Source: Bacillota bacterium (lineage in GTDB: Bacteria > Bacillota > Clostridia > Clostridiales > Clostridiaceae). From it: 64,000 nt of DNA. The notes under the pieces are model-generated. The model ran no database searches. It saw nothing but the letters and a program-made list of their open reading frames with translations, and was not told the DNA's origin. This document shows, piece after piece, positions 9,667 to 18,724 of this stretch. Position numbers and translations under genes: made by a program. Each line of letters starts with the position of its first letter. The stretch's first letter is position 1. The DNA lies in assembly GCA_023445445.1 (NCBI GenBank), contig JAEXLD010000081.1, positions 16,597 to 80,596 on the forward strand, in the 5' to 3' direction.

Positions 9667-10884
9667 TTGATTAAGGTTTTAATTGCTGATGATGAGCCTA
9701 GGATAAGAAGGGGAATTAAAAATACAATTAACTGGGAAGAAAATGATTTTCAGCTTGTGGGAGAAGCAGAAGATGGAGAAGAAGCATTAAGCTTAATAAA
9801 GGAAAAAACGCCAGATATATTATTTATTGATATATGTATGCCATTTTTAAATGGAATACAGTTAATAGAAGAAATAAATAAGATTTTATATAACCCAATT
9901 ATAATAATAGTTTCAGGTCATGATGAATTTAATTATGCTCAAGCAGCACTAAGACTTAGGGTTTTTGATTATATTTTAAAGCCTATAGATAGAGATAACT
10001 TTAAAGCTTTAATTAATAAAGTAAAGGAAGAATTTATTTTAAGAAAAAGAAAAGATGAAAGAGAAAATTTTAAGAAGGAAGTTCTTGAAAGCAATATTTT
10101 TTATTTAAAGGATAACTTTTTAAAAGATTGGCTTAATGGTAAATTTGATGCTAATGAATTAAAGGTTAAAATGGAAAACTTCAATTTTAATTACACCAAT
10201 AATATGGGACTTGCCCTTATTAAAATATTAGAAAAGAATTTTGTTGGCATGGTTAATAAAAATGAAAAAGAATTAATTTCTTATGGTGTTATGAATATTT
10301 CAAGAGATTTTGTTGAGAACTTTAAAAATTCCTATGTATTTCAATATTCATCCACAAGAATAGTTATTATTTCAGAGGTTGAATCTATAATAGCATGGAG
10401 AAAAATGCTAATAGACTTAGAAGAGAATATAGTTAATTTATTTAAGATTGATATTATAATAGAAAATTCATTATTAGATAAAGACCCAATGAAAGCTAAA
10501 GATATATTTAGTAAGATGAAGAAAAATATTATAGAAAAAAGTAAGAAGACTCCAATTGTTTTAGAAGTAGAAAAATATATTAATAAGAATTATGGTAATT
10601 GTGATTTATCTATAGAAATCCTTTCTAATAAGCTTGGAATTAGTCAAACTTATTTAACAAGGTTACTTAAAAAAGAGCTTGGTATGAATTTTATTGATTA
10701 TTTAACTTATATTAGACTTCAAAATTCCATAGAGCTTATGAAAGAGCCTTCTATTAAGATATATGAAATTGCTAATTTAGTGGGTTATAGTACACAACAT
10801 TATTTTAGTAATGTATTTAAAAAGCATACTGGAATGTCTCCAAATGATTATAGGATGTGCATGAATAATGAAGATGAAATATGA
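9667..10884 (+). CDS. YesN-type response regulator (receiver + AraC HTH)
   Basis: IADDE, DICMP, YILKP; C-terminal YFSNVFKKHTGMSP. Confidence 0.92.
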   Translation: MIKVLIADDEPRIRRGIKNTINWEENDFQLVGEAEDGEEALSLIKEKTPDILFIDICMPFLNGIQLIEEINKILYNPIIIIVSGHDEFNYAQAALRLRVFDYILKPIDRDNFKALINKVKEEFILRKRKDERENFKKEVLESNIFYLKDNFLKDWLNGKFDANELKVKMENFNFNYTNNMGLALIKILEKNFVGMVNKNEKELISYGVMNISRDFVENFKNSYVFQYSSTRIVIISEVESIIAWRKMLIDLEENIVNLFKIDIIIENSLLDKDPMKAKDIFSKMKKNIIEKSKKTPIVLEVEKYINKNYGNCDLSIEILSNKLGISQTYLTRLLKKELGMNFIDYLTYIRLQNSIELMKEPSIKIYEIANLVGYSTQHYFSNVFKKHTGMSPNDYRMCMNNEDEI

Positions 10885-12754
10885 GGAATTTGTTTATTTT
10901 TTTGCCATTATACTACTTATAGTTTTTTCTATATTTTCTATTGTAATATTTTTTTATAATAATCTTGCTGGGAAGGAAAATAAAGAAGAAAAAACCTTTG
11001 TAATTGGGGTTTCTCAATCACAGCTAATGGAGCCTTGGCAAATTAAAATTAATGAAGAAATAAAGAAGGAAGCTAGTAATTATGATAATCTTCAAGTTAT
11101 ATATTTAGATGCTGTAGGTAGTTCTAATAAGCAAATTGATGATATTGATAAGCTTATGCAATATGATATTGATTTATTAATTATATGTCCATTTAATTCT
11201 AAGGAGGTTACAAAAAAAGTAGCAGATGTACATGAGGATATTCCAGTTATAGTGTTAGATAGAGGGGTAGAGGGATATGATTATACCTTATATATAGGAC
11301 CAGATAATAGTACTGTAGGAAAACAAGTTGGTAATTTTGCAGTGGATTTATTAAAGGATAATGGTGGTAATATAGTTGAAATAAAGGGAAATGTTAATTC
11401 TAATGCAAGTATAGAAAGAAGTAGTGGATTTAGAAGTAAGATTAATCAATATAGTAATATTAATTTAGTAAAGGATATAAATGTAAATTGGAATCGTGAT
11501 GAAGCAGAAGATGAAATGAAAAATATATTTGAAGAAAATAAGGATATTGATTTAGTATTTGCACATAGTGATGCTATGGCTTTAGGTGCTTATAACGCTT
11601 ATAAAAGTTCTGATTATAAAAAAGATGTTAAGTTTATTGGTATAGATGGGTTAACTGGAGAAAGTGGTGGGTTGAATTTAGTTGAAAAGGGAATTCTTAA
11701 TTGTACATTTACTTGCCCAACTGGTGGAAAAGAGGCAATTCAATATGCAATGGATATATTAAATAAAGAAAAGGGAATTCCAAAGAGGGTTATTTTAAGA
11801 AGTAGCTTAATAACTAAAAGAAACATCAATGAATATAAAAATAAAAATGATAATAAGAAGGAAAAGGAAGTAATAACCTTAGGCTTTTGTAATGTTGGAA
11901 AAGAAGGTGGATGGAGAGCAGCTAATGAAGGATCTATAAAAAATGCAGCAAAGGATTTTGGCATTAACTTAATATATGATGAAGCTGATTTAAATTATGA
12001 AAATCAAATAAAAATCTTAAATAAATTTATTGAAATGAAGGTTGATATAATTGCCTTTTCACCAGTAAGGGATTATGGCTTTGAAGATGTATTAAGTAAA
12101 GCGAAGAATGCTAATATTCCTGTTATTTTATCAGACAGAACTATAAATATAGAAGATAAAACCTTATATAATACTTATTTAGGAAGTGATATGAGGGAAC
12201 AAGGTAGACGAGCTGCTAGATGGTGCCTTGAAAACCTAGGGAAAAATATAAATGTTGTTGAGCTTCAAGGAATTTATGCATCTACACCATCAATAGAAAG
12301 AAAAATAGGCTTTGAAGAAATTATAAAAGCTACTAATAATAATGTGAAAATAGTAGCGTCAGATAATGGAAATTACACCATTGAAGGTGGGAAAAAGGTT
12401 ATGGAGAGATTTTTAAAGAATGATTATTCTAAATATATTGGTACAGAAATCCTTGTATTTTCTCATAATGATGATATGGCCCTTGGAGCAATAGAAGCAA
12501 TTGAGGATTTTGGACTTAAGCCAGGAACGGATATAAAAATAATATCAATAGATGCTATAAAGGAAGGAATTTTAGCATTAAGGGATGGAAAAATAAATTG
12601 CATAGTAGAGTGTAATCCACTAATTGGACCAGAAATTATGAAGATTTCAAAGGATATATTAAGTGGAAAGGATACAACCAGCATGATAATTACTGATGAA
12701 AAAATTTTTGAAGCAAAAAACTTTGATGTGGAATGGCTAAAGAGAGCTTACTAG
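10868..12754 (+). CDS. Membrane-anchored protein with two tandem sugar-binding (Peripla_BP) domains
   Basis: N-terminal TM; two repeats of IPVI..DR and FAH.D.MALGA motifs; second domain resembles 18725..19714. Confidence 0.85.
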   Translation: MKMKYEEFVYFFAIILLIVFSIFSIVIFFYNNLAGKENKEEKTFVIGVSQSQLMEPWQIKINEEIKKEASNYDNLQVIYLDAVGSSNKQIDDIDKLMQYDIDLLIICPFNSKEVTKKVADVHEDIPVIVLDRGVEGYDYTLYIGPDNSTVGKQVGNFAVDLLKDNGGNIVEIKGNVNSNASIERSSGFRSKINQYSNINLVKDINVNWNRDEAEDEMKNIFEENKDIDLVFAHSDAMALGAYNAYKSSDYKKDVKFIGIDGLTGESGGLNLVEKGILNCTFTCPTGGKEAIQYAMDILNKEKGIPKRVILRSSLITKRNINEYKNKNDNKKEKEVITLGFCNVGKEGGWRAANEGSIKNAAKDFGINLIYDEADLNYENQIKILNKFIEMKVDIIAFSPVRDYGFEDVLSKAKNANIPVILSDRTINIEDKTLYNTYLGSDMREQGRRAARWCLENLGKNINVVELQGIYASTPSIERKIGFEEIIKATNNNVKIVASDNGNYTIEGGKKVMERFLKNDYSKYIGTEILVFSHNDDMALGAIEAIEDFGLKPGTDIKIISIDAIKEGILALRDGKINCIVECNPLIGPEIMKISKDILSGKDTTSMIITDEKIFEAKNFDVEWLKRAY

Positions 12755-12898
12755 AAGCGAAGCTTCTAAATGTAGAATGTAAAATGAAGAATGTAGAATT
12801 GAGGAGTAAATTCCTCCAAAGTCGGAATTTATAAAATTAAAGAATGAAAAAATGAAAGAATGAAAGAATTAAGGAATGAAGAGCTTCTTTCCTGAAGC
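12752..12898 (+). repeat. Heptamer/octamer-led hairpin element (family 2)
   Basis: tagaagc-gaa-gcttcta hairpin; aatgtag aatgtaa aatgaag aatgtag aattgag; aaattcc...ggaattt hairpin; then AATGAAAG-type 8-mers. Confidence 0.7.
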
Positions 12899-13058
12899 AA
12901 AATCAGCATAAAAAGTGGGAAGTTGATTGCTGTTTTTTTACAATAGTATATTACTTCCACTTTATGTAATTATATTCCAAATAGGTGTATAATAAAAATA
13001 TATATATTTACGAAATTGTATTATATTATTAAACAATATTATTATTGGAGGATTTTCT

Positions 13059-13253
13059 ATGAAAAAAGAAACAAAATGTATTAAATGTAATTCAGAGAAA
13101 ATTAAATTGGTAAAAGCTCTACCAGTACAAATACAAAAGGGACTCATTCCCAAACTTATAAATCCTAAGTATTACATTTGTACAGACTGTGGATATACTG
13201 AAATATGGATAGAATCAGAAGAAGAGTTAAAATATATAGAAAATAATTACTAA
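13059..13253 (+). CDS. Small zinc-ribbon-like protein
   Basis: CIKC...CTDCGYTE; GGAGG RBS. Confidence 0.7.
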   Translation: MKKETKCIKCNSEKIKLVKALPVQIQKGLIPKLINPKYYICTDCGYTEIWIESEEELKYIENNY

Positions 13254-13342
13254 TAATCTTAATCTATTACCAATTAATTGATTTATAGGAACATGTAATT
13301 GTAATAAAATATGCGTTATATAAAAGGGAGGGGAGTATTGAT

Positions 13343-13792
13343 TTGAAAATAAATAAGAAATATGCATTAAGTTTTTTTGTTATTGTAACAACTATATCAG
13401 CAATAATATTGAATTTTAATAATCATCTTATGGGTAATAATGCAACCATTTTAAATTTAAAAGTATCTATTGCATTTTTAATTCTTTGGTTTTTACTAAG
13501 CGTTTATTGTGGCTGGAAAAACGAAAAATCCTATAAGAAATTTATTTTAATATATTGGGGGATAAGTATTATTACTTATTTACTTGTAGCACTTAGTTCA
13601 ATTATTAATTTTGATGGGATGATCATTGCCCCTCTAGCAATTTGGTACTACTCTCCTATATACGGATTAATGTACTTAAATAAGGGGGTTTCTGCCTTCA
13701 ATTTGGGCCATTATACAGGCTTTTTAATAAGCTTTTTAGGATATTATATTGGATATTATATCTATAAATTAAAAATAATGCATAATGCGTAA
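13343..13792 (+). CDS. Hypothetical membrane protein
   Basis: Several hydrophobic segments; GGGAGG RBS. Confidence 0.65.
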   Translation: MKINKKYALSFFVIVTTISAIILNFNNHLMGNNATILNLKVSIAFLILWFLLSVYCGWKNEKSYKKFILIYWGISIITYLLVALSSIINFDGMIIAPLAIWYYSPIYGLMYLNKGVSAFNLGHYTGFLISFLGYYIGYYIYKLKIMHNA

Positions 13793-13840
13793 TTAATTGA
13801 TTAAGGGCTTCTTTGTTGAAGCTAGAATGGGGGAAGGAAT

Positions 13841-14596
13841 ATGGAGTGTAAGGAAATTCTTATTAAAGTTGCTAATGAGTATTATAAGATTTTAGGGAAT
13901 AATTTAATTGGTATATATGTGCATGGCTCTATTGCTTTTGGATGTTTTAATCCTAATAAAAGTGACATTGATTTTATTGTAGTTGTAAATAATATACCTA
14001 GTTTGGAGGAAAAGGAAGCATTAGTGCAGACGTTGTTATGTTTAAATGAGGAAGTACCTGATAAGGGCTATGAGATGAGCGTTGTTTTATCAAGATTTTG
14101 CAAAGAATTTATTTATCCAACTCCTTTTGAATTACACTATTCAATTGCTCATTTACATAGATGCAAAGATAATTTGAGAGAATATTGCATATCAATGAAT
14201 GGTATGGATAAAGATTTGGCAGCACATTTTACAGTTATAAAAAAGGTTGGATATACTATTTGGGGAAAGCCAATAACTGAAGTATTTGGAGATGTTCCTA
14301 AGGAGAATTACTTAGATAGTATTAAAGAAGATATAGGTAATGCAACAGAGGAGATTAGTGGTAATAGCATTTATTTTATTTTGAATCTATGTCGTGTACT
14401 TGCATATAAAAATGAAGGCTTAATTTTATCAAAAGAGCAAGGTGGATTATGGGGAAAAGAAAAATTACCAGAAGAGTTTAGATTATTATTATCTAAAGCA
14501 TTAAAAAATTATAAATCAGAAATTGAAGAAGTTTTTGATAGAGAACTTTTATTAGATTTTAGTAATTATATGATTGGAAATATATTTGATAAATAG
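13841..14596 (+). CDS. Aminoglycoside nucleotidyltransferase-like protein (ANT(9)/AadA-like, DUF4111 C-terminus)
   Basis: GIYVHGS...SDIDF pol-beta NTase motif; ILNLCRVLAY, LSKEQGGLWG. Confidence 0.8.
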   Translation: MECKEILIKVANEYYKILGNNLIGIYVHGSIAFGCFNPNKSDIDFIVVVNNIPSLEEKEALVQTLLCLNEEVPDKGYEMSVVLSRFCKEFIYPTPFELHYSIAHLHRCKDNLREYCISMNGMDKDLAAHFTVIKKVGYTIWGKPITEVFGDVPKENYLDSIKEDIGNATEEISGNSIYFILNLCRVLAYKNEGLILSKEQGGLWGKEKLPEEFRLLLSKALKNYKSEIEEVFDRELLLDFSNYMIGNIFDK

Positions 14597-14783
14597 ATAA
14601 AATTTATAACTTAGATTTTATCAGTAATTCTAATATATTAATGATTAAATAATTTATAGGAAGTGTGTAATTATTTTTTAGAACTAAATAGCTAAAAGCG
14701 ACGGCTGATACCAGTGATTAAACCAAAGGAATTTGAGAATATATGGTCAGTAGAGCTATTTATACTTTGAATGGAGGGTAAAT

Positions 14784-15383
14784 ATGAATATCATTATCAA
14801 ACCACTCACACCAGAACTTTGCGCCGATTATTTTGACTTCTTTGAAAATAGGGCATTTACAGATGATACCCCATATAGGTGTTATTGCCACCTTTATCAA
14901 ATGACCAAAGAGCAGAAGAAGGCAGTGTTTGACAAAGTAGAGGGGGCTGATGTAGGGCGCGTTGCCAGAAAAGTTGCCGAGCAGCAGATTAATTCAGGTG
15001 ATTTGAAGGGGTATCTGGCCTTCGTAGAGGGGGTTGCCATTGGTTGGTGCAATGCGAACAACAAATGGAATTATCCCGTGGAATCCTGTACCGGCACATG
15101 CTTTTATGCACCTGTTGAGAAGCAGGAAAAAGCTGTGGTCTGCTTCGAAGTAGCACCTGAATTTCGTGGAAAGGGAATCGCCACCGCACTCCTCACTTAT
15201 GTGTGTGAGGAGGCTAAAATTGAAGGCTGTATTGCTGTTGAAGGTTTCGCCGTCCTGCGTGATGAACGATACGAATGGGATTGCACCGGTCCAATTAGAC
15301 TGTATGAGAAAGTAGGATTCGTAAAAGTAGCAGAACAGGATGGATTTGTGGTTATGAGAAAAGACCTAAAATTAGAAAAATAA
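14784..15383 (+). CDS. GNAT family acetyltransferase
   Basis: CFEVAPEFRGKGIATALL acetyl-CoA motif, LYEKVGF; N-terminal CYC. Confidence 0.88.
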   Translation: MNIIIKPLTPELCADYFDFFENRAFTDDTPYRCYCHLYQMTKEQKKAVFDKVEGADVGRVARKVAEQQINSGDLKGYLAFVEGVAIGWCNANNKWNYPVESCTGTCFYAPVEKQEKAVVCFEVAPEFRGKGIATALLTYVCEEAKIEGCIAVEGFAVLRDERYEWDCTGPIRLYEKVGFVKVAEQDGFVVMRKDLKLEK

Positions 15384-15790
15384 AGGAATCTTTATATGTG
15401 GATTATCAATTGTTATAAATTCATTCAGTTTAGGTAACTTTTTTGCAGGACAGTATGATAGTACAGGATGGTCTTTGTCTGCTTATGAAGCAAATATAAA
15501 AATAATTTCATTTATGATAGTTGGAGCATTGATTTCATTTCTATCTGGGCTTGAAAAAGTATTTGGGAAAGTGGGTATATAAGAATACCTAATTATAAAG
15601 TTTATAAGGTGGATTCACATAATAAGACAAAACTTTACGATGTGCTTGAAAAAGAAATTAATATTATTAAATAATCCAATTATATTAGTAATTAAATTTA
15701 TTCTATTTATTATGGTGATATATTATAAGTAAATGTGCAATTAAAATATTTATTATTGCTTTATATAAAATATTAAGGAGGGATACTTTG

Positions 15791-15955
15791 ATGAAAAGAT
15801 TTATTTTTGCTATCACAATATTTAGCTTAGTATTCATATTAATTGGGTGTAATAAAGTAGAAGATAAGCAAGTAGTAAATCCCTTTAATGATCTTCCATA
15901 TGGTCTTTTTCTGGATATAGACAAATACAATGTAAAAAGTGTAACAGTACATTAA
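15791..15955 (+). CDS. Short putative lipoprotein or truncated remnant (54 aa)
   Basis: AAGGAGG RBS; MKRFIFAITIFSLVFILIGC lipobox; below ORF-track cutoff. Confidence 0.5.
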   Translation: MKRFIFAITIFSLVFILIGCNKVEDKQVVNPFNDLPYGLFLDIDKYNVKSVTVH

Positions 15956-16248
15956 AAATTATTAATTCATCTAGATTAATTTTAGCAATATTAATATCAT
16001 TACCAATATTATTTCAAGTATATTTATTTAAATTTGGTTTTAATATACCTGTTAGTTATTATAGCCGTAAGTCCATTAATAGTAAGATATAAACTAATAT
16101 AATAATAGAAAATATCAAACTATTATGAATTAATTTATATGAAGTAAGTAAGAATTATAGTGTGAAATTAAGATGCTTTTAATATTATATAGATAAATAA
16201 GAATTTAGCGATGTAATTATTTAAAATCAATAGTTAGAAGGAGTTAAT

Positions 16249-16497
16249 ATGATTGAAAATAATAATGTAGATAAAAGAAACATTCTTGATGAAGAACCAT
16301 TTTCTTATAAAATAACTAAGGATAAAAAGGTTTTTCTATATTGGCATGGAAAACAAGTAAGTATTTTAAGTGGTAAAGAAAGTGAAAGATTTATAGCAAA
16401 AGTAAAAAATGCTAATACAAAAGAAGCTCAGTTAATCATGGCTAAAATAACTGGAAATTTTAAACGTGGTAATGAGAAAGATAATAAAAATAGTTAA
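16249..16497 (+). CDS. Hypothetical protein
   Basis: AAGGAG RBS; typical composition. Confidence 0.7.
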   Translation: MIENNNVDKRNILDEEPFSYKITKDKKVFLYWHGKQVSILSGKESERFIAKVKNANTKEAQLIMAKITGNFKRGNEKDNKNS

Positions 16498-16513
16498 GGG
16501 GTGAGAGGGGAAG

Positions 16514-16864
16514 GTGAAAAATAGAAAAAATTTTTGGCTTATTATAATTGGTATGTTTATTCTAGGTGTTGTATTGAGTTATTTACTTAAACCAATTAGC
16601 ATGGATGAGCTTTATAAAAAGCCTAATTTTACAGCAGTAGTAACAGAAGTATATGATAAAGAAATTTTAGTTACTGTTGATAAAGATCAGGATGAATATA
16701 AAAGTAGTGATAAGATCATTGTTTCTCTCGATGTTAAATTAAAAGATAAGTTGGTAAGTTTTAAAGCTGGTGATAAGGTAAGAATATTTTATGACGGAAA
16801 TATATTAGAAAGTTACCCTGCTCAAATACGAAAAGTTTATGCAATATTGTTAATTAATGAGTAG
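16514..16864 (+). CDS. YobA/DUF3221-like exported protein
   Basis: N-terminal TM; GDKVRIFYDGNILESYPAQI pattern. Confidence 0.65.
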   Translation: MKNRKNFWLIIIGMFILGVVLSYLLKPISMDELYKKPNFTAVVTEVYDKEILVTVDKDQDEYKSSDKIIVSLDVKLKDKLVSFKAGDKVRIFYDGNILESYPAQIRKVYAILLINE

Positions 16865-16900
16865 AATTTTAAAACAGAGCCTTAAATTACAATATACAAG

Positions 16901-16947
16901 AGGACAAGCATATGTTAATGAATGATGGCATTAACATATGCTGTCCT
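16901..16947. terminator. Hairpin between convergent genes
   Basis: ggacaagcatatgttaatg...cattaacatatgctgtcc. Confidence 0.65.
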
Positions 16948-17144
16948 TAATTTTTATTCTTTTTAGAATCATCTTTATAACCCTTTAAATATAACAAACC
17001 TAAGGACAAGCATGTTATGGAAAGGGATATATTAACGGGAAACATTGAAACATCCTTAGGTGTATTAAAATTTACTAATGCAGCTAAAATCCATATAAAA
17101 GCAGCTATAAAATATACTATTGCTATAGGCTTATTTTTCTTCAT
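16947..17144 (-). CDS. Small 2-TM membrane protein (paralog A)
   Basis: AAGGAGG RBS; MKKNK start; similar to 17221..17409. Confidence 0.7.
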   Translation of the reverse strand: MKKNKPIAIVYFIAAFIWILAALVNFNTPKDVSMFPVNISLSITCLSLGLLYLKGYKDDSKKNKN

Positions 17145-17220
17145 TAATAATCCTCCTTAAGGTGTAAATAATATGTTGAAAAAACCTCAACTTTGACATT
17201 TATAATTAAAGCTACTATAC

Positions 17221-17409
17221 TTAAGAGTCCGTAGAAACAACTTTAGGACCTCTCCAATAGGAAATTCCTAAAGAAAAGCATTTAATAGTAAGAGCTATAC
17301 TAATTATACAAGTTAGAATCTTAGAGTTATTAGCACTTATTAATGCATTTACCAACCATAAAATAGCAAGAATAAAATGTAGTATTGAAAAAAATTTATT
17401 TTTCTTCAT
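17221..17409 (-). CDS. Small 2-TM membrane protein (paralog B)
   Basis: AAGGAGG RBS; MKKNK start; shares C.SLG..Y..G. Confidence 0.7.
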   Translation of the reverse strand: MKKNKFFSILHFILAILWLVNALISANNSKILTCIISIALTIKCFSLGISYWRGPKVVSTDS

Positions 17410-17545
17410 TTATAAACCTCCTTAAGGTATAAACTATTGATAGTATCATTATACAGATTAATAGGTAATAATTCTATAAAATGTATAAATTAGGATTTAA
17501 ATGATGATATAATTGTATTGAATAACAATGGATTGAGGGATTATT

Positions 17546-18142
17546 ATAAAAAATAAATATAAATTAATTAGTACATTAATAATATCTGCAATAATAATTT
17601 CAATATTTATAATAGGTAATAGCTTAGGGAGAGAAGGAAAAATAGAAGAGGCTCTTAATATTGATGAAACTATCAACATGAATATTATTCATGAAGAACC
17701 AACTAATAAAGGAAGTATTGTTTTTAGTATTGCCTCAAATGATACTAATGAATATCTTAGTACAGCTTTTGTTAATAAAAATTTATTCGGATATAGGGAT
17801 CTATACAGTGGAACTTCTTCAATTGATGGCTTTAGTAAAAGAGACTTAACTGCTCAATATTTTCCTGATATTAAGGACAGCTCATTACCAATATATTTTG
17901 GCGTAATATTAAATGATGAAATAAAGGCAGTTAATGTAAAAGAAAGTAAAAGCTCTGAAATGAAAGAGGCAAAAATAATTGAAGCTGGTGATAAGAGAAT
18001 TTGGCTTGTGTATATGAGTGGATTTGTAGGAAATGAATTTGAAGTTCTTGGATATAGTAGTGATGGGGAATGTATTTATACTTATGAAGATACTATTCCA
18101 TGGAAGGTTGAGCAAAAACCTGGTAAAAGTCCATACAAATAG
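17546..18142 (+). CDS. Hypothetical membrane-anchored protein (likely ATA/ATT start; first ATG 17678)
   Basis: Frame is open from 17537; GAGGGA RBS then ATA 17546; the extension encodes a basic-hydrophobic signal/anchor. Confidence 0.6.
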   Translation: MKNKYKLISTLIISAIIISIFIIGNSLGREGKIEEALNIDETINMNIIHEEPTNKGSIVFSIASNDTNEYLSTAFVNKNLFGYRDLYSGTSSIDGFSKRDLTAQYFPDIKDSSLPIYFGVILNDEIKAVNVKESKSSEMKEAKIIEAGDKRIWLVYMSGFVGNEFEVLGYSSDGECIYTYEDTIPWKVEQKPGKSPYK

Positions 18143-18220
18143 TGTGAATTTATAAGCTGATTGCTGATAGTGTCAAATATAAATAGTAGGGATTAGTTAA
18201 AGCATCCACATTAATTAAGA

Positions 18221-18520
18221 ATGAGGTTAGCTATGTTAAAAAATAATATTGTAGCATTTTTTATGCATATAGTTTTAAGGTTTAGTGTGTTTTCATTTTT
18301 ATTCCTTTTCAATTCTTCTAAAGCTGAATCCGTAGTTGAGATGAATAAAAGAGTAATTATAGGTTATATTCAACAATGGGTTATTTTTATAATAGTAATT
18401 ATAGGATATTACTTAATTGGTAGTATTCCAGCTATATTTATTCCAACTATATTAATTGGACTAGGTATTATTATACAGAGTATAAAAAAAGAAAAGATAA
18501 AAATATTTAATAGAGAATAA
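18221..18520 (+). CDS. Hypothetical membrane protein, possibly a remnant
   Basis: Hydrophobic ORF; GAGG before ATG 18233. Confidence 0.45.
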   Translation: MRLAMLKNNIVAFFMHIVLRFSVFSFLFLFNSSKAESVVEMNKRVIIGYIQQWVIFIIVIIGYYLIGSIPAIFIPTILIGLGIIIQSIKKEKIKIFNRE

Positions 18521-18556
18521 AAAAACGTTGAAAGGGATTTTCAACGTTTTTTTATT
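18516..18556. terminator. Bidirectional-type terminator
   Basis: aataaaaaaacgttgaaa / tttcaacgtttttttatt. Confidence 0.75.
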
Positions 18557-18724
18557 TTAGTAATTTACATCTTAAAACTAACCCTTGCCTTTAGTATTTT
18601 CCTTGAGTTTTTTTAGTGCAGAATTTTATAAATTATACTTGTTTATTGTAAATACATTTTGTGGAAATAAAATTAGAATTTAATTGTAATGGTAATCAAA
18701 AAAGTTTTGGAGGGGGATTAGTAA

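Noticed and set aside
12900..18556. Prophage or classical integron
   Set aside because: No phage genes, integrase or attC-like structures are recognisable
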